A stretch of DNA of 64,000 bases. It comes from a bacterium. GTDB lineage: Bacteria > Zhuqueibacterota > Zhuqueibacteria > Residuimicrobiales > Krinioviventaceae. Both the position numbers and the translations under genes were made by a program. Position 1 is the first letter of the stretch. Every line of letters starts with the position of its first letter. The notes under the pieces were generated by a model. The model saw only the letters and a list, made by a program, of their open reading frames with translations, did no database searches and was not told the origin of the DNA. The stretch covers positions 2,080,001 to 2,144,000 of the forward strand of contig CAXXMD010000003.1 of the NCBI GenBank assembly GCA_963675755.2, written 5' to 3'. Shown here piece after piece: positions 9,950 through 20,038 of the stretch.

Positions 9950-10543
9950 TCATCTGTTGCTTTTATCCATAAACGTACGATACAATTCAGTGAGCTTGTG
10001 GAGTCCTTCGCTGCCGCCGGCAAGCAGCATACCCGTTGCCAGAATGTCTATGGTGGCAAACAAGTCATGTTGTATAGTTGTAACTGAATCCGCATGGAGA
10101 TCAAAGATCTGATCTAATGCGCGAACGCCCAAAGCGCTGATAATAATGCCAAACGCCAATCCGGAATAGAGAGCGATTTTTCGGGTTTTACTGCGAGAAG
10201 CAATTCGGGTCTTTATTGCCTTGTTCAGTTCCAGCATGATCTGCTGGTATTCCGGTTGAGCACTATCGGTTAATTTTTCTGATTTTGATTTGAGACGGCG
10301 GATCTCCTGTTTTTCCAGATCCGCATTTTCGGCAAGAAAAATGGTTAAAAAAACATCCAGAGATTTTTCAAGTACCAGAGATACAAAAATCAAAAATCCC
10401 AGGTAATTAAAGAGGTCTGACACATTGAAATCCGGTTTAACCGTTAATGGAACAAGTGCCAGTTTTTGATTAATAAAATAGATCAATGCGGATATACAGA
10501 GAATTGTGATTATTTTTGCTGTATTTTTTAATCCGTTGTTCAT
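9950..10543 (-). CDS. hypothetical membrane protein
   Basis: Several hydrophobic segments; C-terminal TGMLLAGGSEGLH; GAGG RBS. Confidence 0.7.
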   Translation of the reverse strand: MNNGLKNTAKIITILCISALIYFINQKLALVPLTVKPDFNVSDLFNYLGFLIFVSLVLEKSLDVFLTIFLAENADLEKQEIRRLKSKSEKLTDSAQPEYQQIMLELNKAIKTRIASRSKTRKIALYSGLAFGIIISALGVRALDQIFDLHADSVTTIQHDLFATIDILATGMLLAGGSEGLHKLTELYRTFMDKSNR

Positions 10544-10565
10544 GTTTATACCTCAATCCTGAATG

Positions 10566-10590
10566 AAAACCCCCGGAAAAACCGGGGGTT
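10566..10590 (-). terminator. intrinsic terminator of the DUF4412 gene
   Basis: AACCCCCGG-AAAAA-CCGGGGGTT with a short T run on the minus strand. Confidence 0.7.
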
Positions 10591-10597
10591 GAATGTT

Positions 10598-11335
10598 TTA
10601 TTGAAAGGGATTGGTCTTTTTATAGCCGGTTGGCAGTGTAAACGCGTCTGATGGAGGATTGCCTTCTTTGTATTCCAACAATTCTGATGTGGTTTTGATG
10701 GTTTGCCCCATCATATCCATAGATTGACTGGTATATACCTGAATGCCCTTGATTTTTTCCAACTCTTTGGTAATTTTTTCAAGGTTTTGGCTAACACCCG
10801 GCAATTGCGCCATCATGCCCGCTGTATATTTGGTATACATGGTTTGATCAACATTAATGTCTGTGGTTGCCCAGATCTCAGAGGTTATGGTTCCCATGCC
10901 CATATTCATCGTCTGGATGTATTTTGTACAGTTCCATTTACCAATTTTTTTCGTTTCACTGGTTTTTTGGATAGTCATGTCAATATTCATCATTCCACCC
11001 ATAAACTGCTGGAATTGGGCCTTTTCATCATCAGACATGCCACCTTCTTCCGCCATTTTGGAAAAGTCCATGGGTATGGTTGCAAGAGTTCTTTTTTGGT
11101 GGTCTGCCATGGTCATGGTTTGTTGTGCCGCATCGATTAAAATTTTTTGATCTGGTGTTGAAACTGCTACCTTGTTTTCGGTTATCCAGGTTTCGCTTAC
11201 CACATCCTGTGCGGGTTGGGTTTGCCCCATAATGGAGATGGGGTCTGTGTGTTGTTTTTGTTTCATGTAAATATCACCAAAAGCAGATGAAATCAGAAAG
11301 ATGACCAGTACAACAGTCCAGTGTTTATTAAACAT
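10598..11335 (-). CDS. DUF4412-like secreted protein
   Basis: Signal peptide; T.ETKKIGKWNCTKY, EIW.T and F.LP.GYKK motifs. Confidence 0.75.
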   Translation of the reverse strand: MFNKHWTVVLVIFLISSAFGDIYMKQKQHTDPISIMGQTQPAQDVVSETWITENKVAVSTPDQKILIDAAQQTMTMADHQKRTLATIPMDFSKMAEEGGMSDDEKAQFQQFMGGMMNIDMTIQKTSETKKIGKWNCTKYIQTMNMGMGTITSEIWATTDINVDQTMYTKYTAGMMAQLPGVSQNLEKITKELEKIKGIQVYTSQSMDMMGQTIKTTSELLEYKEGNPPSDAFTLPTGYKKTNPFQ

Positions 11336-11555
11336 GAAAACCCTCCAATGTTTGTTAATGAAATATGTATGGACCCCGGTTCCCCAAATGTTTGGATTAT
11401 GACAGGTATTGAGTAACCATGATATCCATTGTGGATTTTGGAAAAAATCCTTATAACTGCTTATTAATTATACTTTTCAATTGAGAGAATGAGCCAATAT
11501 CCGTAAATTATGCTAAAGAATCAAGAAAATAATAGAAAAATAATCAAAAAAACAC

Positions 11556-11586
11556 TTGACTCTCCCCCAGGGGCAGTGCTTATATT
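11556..11586 (+). promoter_or_regulatory. MerR-type promoter/operator
   Basis: TTGACT (-35), a 19-bp spacer containing the dyad CTCCCCC-A-GGGGCAG, then TATATT (-10), directly upstream of a MerR gene. Confidence 0.85.
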
Positions 11587-11639
11587 GTATGTAGAAATCC
11601 GGCCGGTTTCAACCAGAAGATAAACAGGAAAGGGAAGCT

Positions 11640-12446
11640 ATGCTTTATACCATTGGTGAGTTTTCAAAGATTACCGCATTGTCTATAAAATCTTTGCGTT
11701 TGTATCATGACAAAGAATTGCTGGTTCCTGCTTCGATAGACGAGTTTACAGGTTACCGCTATTATGATGAACGTAATTTTGAGACTGCCCGCACAATCAA
11801 AATACTCAAAGATTTTGATTTTTCTCTTGCCGAGATAAAAGAAATATTGCAGGACTGCTCGGACGAAGCGGACATGATGACGTATCTTGAAGCGAAACTG
11901 CAAGAAATTCAAGATCGCATAAAGCATTATGAAACAGTTTCCCGATCGATACACATGATTGTTGAAATTGAAAAGGAGAGTACCATGAGTGATAATAATG
12001 AATTTGTAGTCGAAGAAAAAAATGTGGAAACCCTGCTCATTGCCGGGTATCGCATGAAAGGCAGATATGACGAGGTAGGCAAAGGCTTTGCCCTGCTGGG
12101 GAAAAGAATGGGTCGGCAAATTTGCGGCAAGCCCATGAACCTCTATTATGACGGCGAGTACAAGGAAGGTGATGCAGAGTTTGAACCTTGTTTTCCGGTG
12201 CGCAAAGGAACGGGAGATAATGAGATTTCAGTTCGAGAACTGCAAGGCGGCAAGTGTGTTTCTTTGATCCATAAAGGACCGTATGATACCCTGGGCCAGT
12301 CATATAAAAAGCTGTTTGATTATATCAAAGAAAAGGAATATCAGATTGCTTTGCCGCACCGTGAGATTTATATAAAGGGGCCGGGAATGATATTTAAGGG
12401 AAATCCCAGAAATTATTTGACTGAATTAATCGTAATGATTGACTAG
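11640..12446 (+). CDS. MerR family transcriptional regulator with C-terminal GyrI-like domain (BmrR-like)
   Basis: YTIGEFSK...LRLYH..LL.P...D..TGYRYY; C-terminal HKGPY and REIY motifs. Confidence 0.92.
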   Translation: MLYTIGEFSKITALSIKSLRLYHDKELLVPASIDEFTGYRYYDERNFETARTIKILKDFDFSLAEIKEILQDCSDEADMMTYLEAKLQEIQDRIKHYETVSRSIHMIVEIEKESTMSDNNEFVVEEKNVETLLIAGYRMKGRYDEVGKGFALLGKRMGRQICGKPMNLYYDGEYKEGDAEFEPCFPVRKGTGDNEISVRELQGGKCVSLIHKGPYDTLGQSYKKLFDYIKEKEYQIALPHREIYIKGPGMIFKGNPRNYLTELIVMID

Positions 12447-12459
12447 ACTGTTGAAGCAA

Positions 12460-12492
12460 GGGAGAGTGGTATTTGAATTATATCACTCTCCC
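12460..12492. terminator. hairpin between convergent genes
   Basis: GGGAGAGTGGTA...TATCACTCTCCC. Confidence 0.65.
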
Positions 12493-12497
12493 CAAAT

Positions 12498-13697
12498 TCA
12501 GGCTGTTTTTTCAGCCAGTTTAGACATTTTGTACAAGCTAAAAGAAATAAATATACCAATAATGCCTACCGTGTACCATAAAACATTGGGGCCCCATCGG
12601 TCATAAATCCGGGTCCCAAAGATGGGACTCAATACAAATCCTATTGAGAATACCAAAGTATAGATACCCATATATTGACCCCGATTGGAATCGGTTGTTC
12701 TGTTTGCTACAAAAGCGCCCAAAAGCGGCAATACCAGAATTTCACCTAGTGTCCAAATGAGTATGGTAAAAACAATAAAATTGAACTGTCTGCTCAGGGT
12801 CAACATGGTAAATCCTGAAAACATGAAAAGCGTACCAATCCAGGTGACAGACAATGGCGGCCTTTTTTCAAGCTTGTGTATCAATGGCATTTCAACCAAA
12901 GTGATCATGATACCGTTAATAGAGAGCAGCATACCAATCTTGTTTTCAGATAGCATGGCGTATTCCCGCATATATAAAGGCCAGGTGCTCATGATTTGAA
13001 AAAACATGGTACCCAGAACCAAAAGTATTCCCATCAGCGCCATAAAGGTGCCGTCTTTCCAGGGAGATATTGCAGGATTTTCATGGGTTTCAACGGGCTT
13101 TTTGTAATTGGCATGATATTTCTTGAATAAAATATAAAACAATGTACCCGCAATAATGCATGTAGCGCCATCTGCCCAGAATATAAAATTATAATTGACG
13201 GCAGCCAGAAAGCCGCCAATGGCCGGGCCCACGGCAAGACCCAGATTCACAGCCAGACGATTGAATGCAAATGCACGTGCTCTCATTTCCGGGGGACAAA
13301 TTTCAGTAAAGGCAGAGATGCTTGCCGGACGAAACGCATCGTTAATTGCTGATACAATTGCAAGCGATACAGCTAGTCCCCAGTAGGAATGAATAAAACT
13401 GATGCTAAGGAATCCCACTCCGGTAAGAACCAGGCTGTAAAACTGCACTTTGAATGTACCGATTTTATCAGTTAACAGACCACCATAATATGAACCTGCC
13501 AATGAGCCAATCCCAAAGAAACTGACCAGTTGTCCCGCTTGCAGTGTATTAAATCCTCTTTCCTTTGTCAGGAACAGGGTCAGAAAAAACATAACCATCA
13601 TGCCGCTGCGATTTATTAGAATGACCCAGAACAGCAGCCAGGCTTGTTTGGGCAGGCCCTTGTATGCGGCGAAATATTGTGAAAGCAATTGTTTCAT
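12498..13697 (-). CDS. MFS transporter
   Basis: About 12 TM segments; GGLLTDKIG motif A; NLGLAVGPAIGG; RGQYMG. Confidence 0.9.
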   Translation of the reverse strand: MKQLLSQYFAAYKGLPKQAWLLFWVILINRSGMMVMFFLTLFLTKERGFNTLQAGQLVSFFGIGSLAGSYYGGLLTDKIGTFKVQFYSLVLTGVGFLSISFIHSYWGLAVSLAIVSAINDAFRPASISAFTEICPPEMRARAFAFNRLAVNLGLAVGPAIGGFLAAVNYNFIFWADGATCIIAGTLFYILFKKYHANYKKPVETHENPAISPWKDGTFMALMGILLVLGTMFFQIMSTWPLYMREYAMLSENKIGMLLSINGIMITLVEMPLIHKLEKRPPLSVTWIGTLFMFSGFTMLTLSRQFNFIVFTILIWTLGEILVLPLLGAFVANRTTDSNRGQYMGIYTLVFSIGFVLSPIFGTRIYDRWGPNVLWYTVGIIGIFISFSLYKMSKLAEKTA

Positions 13698-14000
13698 GGC
13701 TTTACCTGTGATTTGTAAATATGAATATACTATATCTATAGTTAATAGAAAACCTAAAATAGATTAAAATGTACTGATATTGCTCTAGATTTATTCCTGG
13801 GAGAGATGAATTTCTGTATAGTACCAGATCAGGAATCCTTTCTTACGTAAAACAGCCTACAAGGTTTCGTTGTGAACTCTTCGTTTAAACCCTGATTTCC
13901 CCGGTTTATCATGTGAATTGTGACACTTGTCTGAATTCCATTGATGGATTTACATGTATTGTTATATTGTTACTGAATCATAAACATAAAGGAGAATGTT

Positions 14001-14426
14001 ATGAGAAATAAAACATTATTACTACTGGCTGTTTTTTATTTAATGTCCTGCTTTTTTATTCCTGCACTGTCAGCAGAAGAGAATTCCGAACCAAACAAGC
14101 TGTTAATTATCTACTCGTCAGCGGATAAGGAAGTGTTTACCAAATTTGCCTTTGTTTATGCGATCAACGCAAAAAAACAGGGGTGGTGGCAGGATGTAAC
14201 TTTTATCACCTGGGGCCCGTCTAATAAAACAATAGCCAACGATGAAGAGTTGAAAGAAAAAATCAAACAATTAAAAGATGCCGGTGTAAAATTGCAGGCC
14301 TGTAAATGGTGCGCAGAGCAGTACGAGGTTGACGGTATATTATCCGAGTTGGGTGTAGAAGTTAAGTATATGGGACAACCATTAACGGAAATGCTAAAAT
14401 CCGACTGGAAAGTTTTAACTTTTTAA
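14001..14426 (+). CDS. secreted DsrE family protein
   Basis: Signal peptide; YA.NAKKQGWW..V..I.WGP, ACKWCA and YMG.PLT motifs. Confidence 0.82.
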   Translation: MRNKTLLLLAVFYLMSCFFIPALSAEENSEPNKLLIIYSSADKEVFTKFAFVYAINAKKQGWWQDVTFITWGPSNKTIANDEELKEKIKQLKDAGVKLQACKWCAEQYEVDGILSELGVEVKYMGQPLTEMLKSDWKVLTF

Positions 14427-14440
14427 AAAGGAGAGTTGAA

Positions 14441-15121
14441 ATGTCTGAAATAAAACGTCGAGCGTTTCTGGCAGCAGGTACCTTGGCTGCGACTGGAATA
14501 CTAACCCAACGCGCTACCGCAATGGGGAAGAGCGAATGCCTGCCCGCTTTGGAAGCCATAATGAACCGCCGTTCCGTGCGTCATTACAAATCCACACCCG
14601 TACCGGAAGCAGATTTGAAAATCATTCTGGATGCCGCCCGAATGGCCCCAACATCCGGAAACCAGCAGCCCTGGAAATTTGTTGTGGTCAAAGATCCTCA
14701 AGTCATTGACGAATTGAAACAAGCCTGTCTTGATAACAATCGTGAACGTATGAAAGAGCGAATGGGAACCGATCAGAAAAAGATGGACGAGCAAATGGCC
14801 AAAGCAGAGGAGTATTATAATAAATGTTTTTCAGCACCGGTTTATGTGGCCATCTTGACAGATAATGAATCCAGATATCCCACATATAATCACTGGGACG
14901 GTCCCCTTGCGGCGGCAACATTGATGATTGCAGCGCGGTCACTGGGTTATGGTACAGTCCATTATACCGATTCGGTACCGGCATCTGTTACGAAAAAGGT
15001 TTTACTTATTCCGGACCGGTATGAACGCGTCTGCTTTACACCTATTGGTATTCCGGAAGCGTGGCCGGAAACACCATCCAAAAAAGAATATGATTCTTTT
15101 ATTGTAGCTGATAAATTTTAA
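14441..15121 (+). CDS. nitroreductase family protein with Tat signal
   Basis: KRRAFL Tat motif; RRSVRHY, APTSGNQQPW and ARSLGYGT motifs. Confidence 0.88.
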   Translation: MSEIKRRAFLAAGTLAATGILTQRATAMGKSECLPALEAIMNRRSVRHYKSTPVPEADLKIILDAARMAPTSGNQQPWKFVVVKDPQVIDELKQACLDNNRERMKERMGTDQKKMDEQMAKAEEYYNKCFSAPVYVAILTDNESRYPTYNHWDGPLAAATLMIAARSLGYGTVHYTDSVPASVTKKVLLIPDRYERVCFTPIGIPEAWPETPSKKEYDSFIVADKF

Positions 15122-15141
15122 CAGCAATATAGGAGATTAAA

Positions 15142-16029
15142 ATGAATTTAAATACAGGACGCAGGCAATTTTTTCAAAAAAGCCTTGCAATAGGAGGCAC
15201 TGCTGTACTTGCCCGCCCTTTTGCGGGGAGTGCATTAGCTGGTATGGGAAGTGGGGCCGCTGGTAGTAACGAAACGTTGAAAACGCTGCACAGCTTACGT
15301 ACCATCCATGGTAATTTTACCGATCAGGAAATCCCTTCAAATCAGATAGATGAAATTTTGTCCGCGGGCGTTCGGGCTGCAAACGCGTCGGCATTGCAGA
15401 GTTATTCCATTATTGTGGTGCGTGATCGCGAAAAAATGCAGCAGGTGTGTGGGTATCGCGGCAGCTGCATGTTTGTCTTTTGTGTGGATTACAACCGAAT
15501 TACCGATCTGGCTGAAAATTTGAAATATGAATATAATCCCGAAGGTACCACCTCTTTTGTTACCGGTTGTGTCACTACCACGCTGGCCGCTCAGACAGTA
15601 GTTGTTGCCGCAAAATCTATGGGAATCGATTCACTCATTACCAATGGGGTGCACCGTGGCGATATGGAGCGGCACTGGAAACTGCTGGACCTGCCGGAAA
15701 AGTATTGTTTTCCCTTAATTGCTGTGGTTATGGGATACCCAAAAGAGGAACCGGATTATCTTAAAGGACGTTTTCAGGCGGAAGGTGTTGTTCATAAAGA
15801 AAAATATAGCAGACTCACCGATGCTGAGAAAAACGCAATGGTGCTGGAGTATGATGATCCTGATCGCCACCTTGGATTAAATGACAACTGGAAAAAAGAT
15901 GGATTGAAACATTACCTGGACTGGTTATTTGGAGTGTGGCACAAACGGTTTTCACATCCTCTGGATAAAGAATCTCAACTGTCTAAAATACTCAAAAGAT
16001 CCGGGTTTGTCGATTTGCAGCGATCATGA
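15142..16029 (+). CDS. NfsA/FRP-like nitroreductase with Tat signal
   Basis: GRRQFF Tat motif; ANASALQSYSIIVV, VAAKSMGI and LDLP...FP...VMGYP motifs. Confidence 0.85.
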   Translation: MNLNTGRRQFFQKSLAIGGTAVLARPFAGSALAGMGSGAAGSNETLKTLHSLRTIHGNFTDQEIPSNQIDEILSAGVRAANASALQSYSIIVVRDREKMQQVCGYRGSCMFVFCVDYNRITDLAENLKYEYNPEGTTSFVTGCVTTTLAAQTVVVAAKSMGIDSLITNGVHRGDMERHWKLLDLPEKYCFPLIAVVMGYPKEEPDYLKGRFQAEGVVHKEKYSRLTDAEKNAMVLEYDDPDRHLGLNDNWKKDGLKHYLDWLFGVWHKRFSHPLDKESQLSKILKRSGFVDLQRS

Positions 16030-16034
16030 ATGTT

Positions 16035-16069
16035 ACCGGGAAAAATGTGGTTTTTTCCCGGTTTTTTTT
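16035..16069 (+). terminator. intrinsic terminator
   Basis: ACCGGGAAAAA...TTTTTCCCGGT followed by a T run. Confidence 0.8.
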
Positions 16070-16099
16070 GTATCATTTTAAAAAACGGCAGGATGAAAT

Positions 16100-17137
16100 A
16101 TGAAATTCAGATGGTTTACAATAATCGGTTTGTGGCAATTGATAGGGCTGGTGGTGACATTTTTTGTTTCCATACCCGCGGGTAATTTCCATCATTTTAT
16201 CCATCAATTGATCATATGCCTTACGTTTACCAATATGCTGGGAGCGTTTGGTATGGGATTATATGCCTTTTACCGGTTTTTCAGTCCACGTTTTGGTAAT
16301 CGCTTGTTCTGGTTCATTTTGCTTTTGATGGCCCTGTTATTATCTCTTGCTGTTACCACACGCGTTTCATTGTGGATAGGCCGTTATGTCTGCGGACTGG
16401 ATGATTTTCAAGTAAACCGCTGGCATCTGTTTACCATCATTGTAGATTTTATTGTTACTGCTGTTATTTTCCTGTTTGCTGTCTTGCTTGCATTATATGA
16501 AAAGCTTGCTTCTCGGTTGGAGAAAAAGATACGGGAGAATGAAAAATTGCAGAGACTGCAAATTGAATCCCGGTTGACTCTGCTCCAATCCCGTATCAAT
16601 CCGCATTTTTTGTTCAATACTCTCAACACCATGCTGGATATTGTCAAACGCGATCCCGATACAGTTGAAAAAATTATTCTGAATTTGTCAGACATCTATC
16701 GTAAAACCCTAAGCCTGCCCGACCACCATTATGTAACATTGGATGAAGAAATGGTGCTGGTGCGTGAATATTTAGAGATTGAAAAAGTACGTATGGGTGA
16801 GCGGCTGGATTATACTTTTCAGGTTGACTCGGATGTGGAAAAGATCCGGATACCTCCCATGGTTATTCAGATGCTGGTGGAAAATGCTGTCAAACATGGC
16901 TTGTCACCCAAGCGGGAAGGCGGGAAGGTTTCTGTAAATATAAGTAAACTTGATAATGCTGTAAAGCTTGAAGTAGAGGATACCGGAGTCGGTTTTGAAC
17001 CTGGACAGCCACAAAACGGATTTGGATTAAAGAGCATTCAACAACGCCTGCAGCTTTTATACAATAATGCAAAATTTGATATAGTAAAGCCAGCAAGCGG
17101 AACATTGGTGAGGATTGTATTGCCTTATGCAGTATAA
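16100..17137 (+). CDS. LytS/YehU-family sensor histidine kinase
   Basis: TM region; INPHFLFNTLN, ENAVKHG and D.GVG...GFGL motifs. Confidence 0.92.
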   Translation: MKFRWFTIIGLWQLIGLVVTFFVSIPAGNFHHFIHQLIICLTFTNMLGAFGMGLYAFYRFFSPRFGNRLFWFILLLMALLLSLAVTTRVSLWIGRYVCGLDDFQVNRWHLFTIIVDFIVTAVIFLFAVLLALYEKLASRLEKKIRENEKLQRLQIESRLTLLQSRINPHFLFNTLNTMLDIVKRDPDTVEKIILNLSDIYRKTLSLPDHHYVTLDEEMVLVREYLEIEKVRMGERLDYTFQVDSDVEKIRIPPMVIQMLVENAVKHGLSPKREGGKVSVNISKLDNAVKLEVEDTGVGFEPGQPQNGFGLKSIQQRLQLLYNNAKFDIVKPASGTLVRIVLPYAV

Positions 17138-17876
17138 AACACTGATTGTAGAAGACGAACCGCATTCCCGGGCCAGGTTAATGACATTGCTGGAGGCGCA
17201 CACTGAAATCGATGTGGTTGATGTTGCGCAGGATGGGCCCGATGCAGTGCAGAAAATAGACAGTCTGAAACCTGATCTTGTATTTCTGGATGTACAGTTG
17301 CCGGGCTTTTCAGGAATTGAAGTGCTTGAAAAGATCAATCACCGTCCTATGGTCATATTTGTGACCGCTTTTGATGAATATGCCATTAAAGCTTTTGATG
17401 AAAACGCAATTGATTACCTGCTAAAGCCAACTACGCCTGAGCGTTTGTCTGCCGCAATTGCCAAAGTTGTGAACCAGAGTAGTCCTGCAATTGATGTTGA
17501 TTTTATTCGCTTGTTCAAGAATTCAATCGAGGCGAAAAATTATTTATCCCGCTTTACTATCAAGATTGGGGATGAAATTTTGTTGGTGCCTGTAAACGAT
17601 GTGTGGTGGATACATGCCGAAGACAAGTATGTGTTTGTGAACACATTCAACAAATCCTATATTGTGAATGAGACATTGAAAAATCTGGAAACTCTGCTAG
17701 ACCCTGCCAGCTTTATTCGTATACACAAAAGTGTGATCATTCATGTGAAAAAGATCAGGCGTATTAAACGCGAGTTTATTGGGGGTTATAAAATTTATCT
17801 GGATGATGAAAAAAAGAGTGGATTTGAGGTAGGGCGGACCTATCTTGCACTGGTCCGCACCACACTCAATTTCTAA
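17127..17876 (+). CDS. LytTR family response regulator
   Basis: IVEDE, FLDVQLP, TAFDEYA and DYLLKP receiver motifs; FIRIHKS LytTR motif; overlaps the kinase stop. Confidence 0.92.
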   Translation: MQYKTLIVEDEPHSRARLMTLLEAHTEIDVVDVAQDGPDAVQKIDSLKPDLVFLDVQLPGFSGIEVLEKINHRPMVIFVTAFDEYAIKAFDENAIDYLLKPTTPERLSAAIAKVVNQSSPAIDVDFIRLFKNSIEAKNYLSRFTIKIGDEILLVPVNDVWWIHAEDKYVFVNTFNKSYIVNETLKNLETLLDPASFIRIHKSVIIHVKKIRRIKREFIGGYKIYLDDEKKSGFEVGRTYLALVRTTLNF

Positions 17877-19999
17877 TAAACAATAGTTAGATTGTTTTCT
17901 GCATTTGAATCTTTGTAAAGCTTTTCAACGTTTTTCAACACATCTTGAACAGCAGATTTATCCATTGCTTTGCTGTTGTGGTCAACAGGATTCATGATTT
18001 TTAATGGAGTAGGAGCAATTGCCGCCATGAGATCTGGCAGATCATAACTGGTCAATGCACCTGCAACCGTACCATGAATGAGAGCAGGATCGTAATATTC
18101 ATTCATCACAATACTCTCGTAGGATGTGAGGGGGCTATCCAACTCGATATTTGAAAATACAGGGTTAAAGACAGCCGCATGCACCAATGAGGGACAGAGT
18201 TTGTCTTTTGCTACCGCTTTGATTTGTGCCGGATCAACATTTTCGTGCTGTTTTAAAACCGCTGATAATAATTGAATGTCCTGCGCGAACATGCCCACCA
18301 GGCTTTTATTGGTTAGTATTCCGAAAAACCAGATATTGTACGCTCCATTGCCCACTTTGAAATCATAGGCGTCTCCGTGAAATTTAATGGGACCCATTTC
18401 ACCTATACCCAGCAGATCGGGCACCATAACTATATTTCCCTGCTTTACGAGTGTTTCAGGTGTACCACTTTCAGCAACATAGGACTTGCCTTCCGGGGAG
18501 AGGTAAAGTATAGACGGACATGGTTGGTCGGTTACCGGTTTGTACAACAGATAAGGTATAACATAGTCACCGTTACCCTGAATGAAATAACGCTCAATCA
18601 CGTATCCATCTTTTTCGAAACGACCTGTAAATGCGGGGAACGAAGGCGATTCAGGGCAGGTATATCCGCTAAGGGATTTGGCTGCTCTGACCATGTTCTC
18701 CGGATATTCCGGGGCTTTACGCTTTTCATCAAGGGCGGAAATGAGTTGTTTACTCTCTTTAGCGTTAACAGAGAAAACGGTTTCACCTCCCAGTGATGTA
18801 ATCAATTGCCCGGTTTTTGTTACTCTCCATTCTTCTTCAACATAAGGATCCGGTTCTTCATCTTTACAATTGCCCGGCAGTTCAAGGTGTTTGCGGAAAA
18901 ACGCGTACATGGCCTCGCGGTTTTTTTTAGTTGATGCGTGCACGTCATTGTCTTCGCATTTTTCAAAATTGTCAGTTGCGCCCAGCATAGCATAGCAAGA
19001 TTTGATTTCTGCGCTTATCTCCCTGACGCCCTGGATGCTAAACATGTCACGTGTAGTAGAAATGAGCAGTTCAGGTTTAGGCGCACGCACCTCAAGCAGA
19101 TCTGCATGGTCGATCCCATTTGCCAGTCCATGGAAAAAATTTTGTTCGGCATCCTGGGGACCGCGTGATTCAATCAGACGTTTGAATCCGGTGAGATAGC
19201 ATTCAGGTGCCGCAGCGTAAATACGTTCATCAAAAGCGGCAATGTATGAAGATTGTGTGCCGCCGCCGGAACGACCGGTAATGCCAATGCGTTTGGGGTC
19301 CACTTCTTTACGGGTAAGCAAATAGTCTACGGCACGGATGCCGTCCCAGATCATGTATTTGGCCGCGGATGATCCAGAAATGAAGCATTGCGCACCGCTA
19401 TAGGAATGTTCCCGGGTAGGACCGCCAATTTTTGACTCACCGGTTTCGGGATCAAAATATTGCCAGCGTTCACCCTGTCCAAATGGATCAACCGCAAGCA
19501 CAATGAATCCTTTTTTTGCCAGGTTCTGGATTGAACGCTGATATGCTTCGCTGCGAAATCCTACAGCAGAGTGACCGCAAACAAATATTACAGCAGGATT
19601 TTTCTTTTGTAATTTATCAGGAAGTAAAAGCGCGCAGGTTACGTAAAATTCCGGACGACTCTCGAATATGACTTTTTCAATTGTGAATCCATTTTTCTTT
19701 ACTTTACCTGTTACTTGAGCATTCAGGGGCGTTTTTTCAGGAAAAGGACCTACAATATCCATCAATGTTTGGCGAACTTGCTGCTGTCGCTGAAGCCACT
19801 GCTCCGGGGTCGTAATGCTGTTGATTATGTCTTTACGCTGCTGTAACTGTTCCATTGCTATAGCACTATAGTGGTGATATTGTGAATTTTGATTGTCTGA
19901 AAAAATTGGCCAATCTGTCAGAAAATCAAAATCTTTATTCTGAGCAAATACAGATACGCTCAGTAATAACAGTAAACTGGTGATTAATTTTTTTGTCAT
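17873..19999 (-). CDS. secreted two-domain alpha/beta hydrolase (acetylxylan esterase-like)
   Basis: Signal peptide; CGH, GQGER, WDGIRAVDYL and GRSGGG nucleophile motifs. Confidence 0.82.
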   Translation of the reverse strand: MTKKLITSLLLLLSVSVFAQNKDFDFLTDWPIFSDNQNSQYHHYSAIAMEQLQQRKDIINSITTPEQWLQRQQQVRQTLMDIVGPFPEKTPLNAQVTGKVKKNGFTIEKVIFESRPEFYVTCALLLPDKLQKKNPAVIFVCGHSAVGFRSEAYQRSIQNLAKKGFIVLAVDPFGQGERWQYFDPETGESKIGGPTREHSYSGAQCFISGSSAAKYMIWDGIRAVDYLLTRKEVDPKRIGITGRSGGGTQSSYIAAFDERIYAAAPECYLTGFKRLIESRGPQDAEQNFFHGLANGIDHADLLEVRAPKPELLISTTRDMFSIQGVREISAEIKSCYAMLGATDNFEKCEDNDVHASTKKNREAMYAFFRKHLELPGNCKDEEPDPYVEEEWRVTKTGQLITSLGGETVFSVNAKESKQLISALDEKRKAPEYPENMVRAAKSLSGYTCPESPSFPAFTGRFEKDGYVIERYFIQGNGDYVIPYLLYKPVTDQPCPSILYLSPEGKSYVAESGTPETLVKQGNIVMVPDLLGIGEMGPIKFHGDAYDFKVGNGAYNIWFFGILTNKSLVGMFAQDIQLLSAVLKQHENVDPAQIKAVAKDKLCPSLVHAAVFNPVFSNIELDSPLTSYESIVMNEYYDPALIHGTVAGALTSYDLPDLMAAIAPTPLKIMNPVDHNSKAMDKSAVQDVLKNVEKLYKDSNAENNLTIVY

Positions 20000-20038
20000 T
20001 TTGATGTTCCCATCTGTTTATGATAAATCTGATTGATT

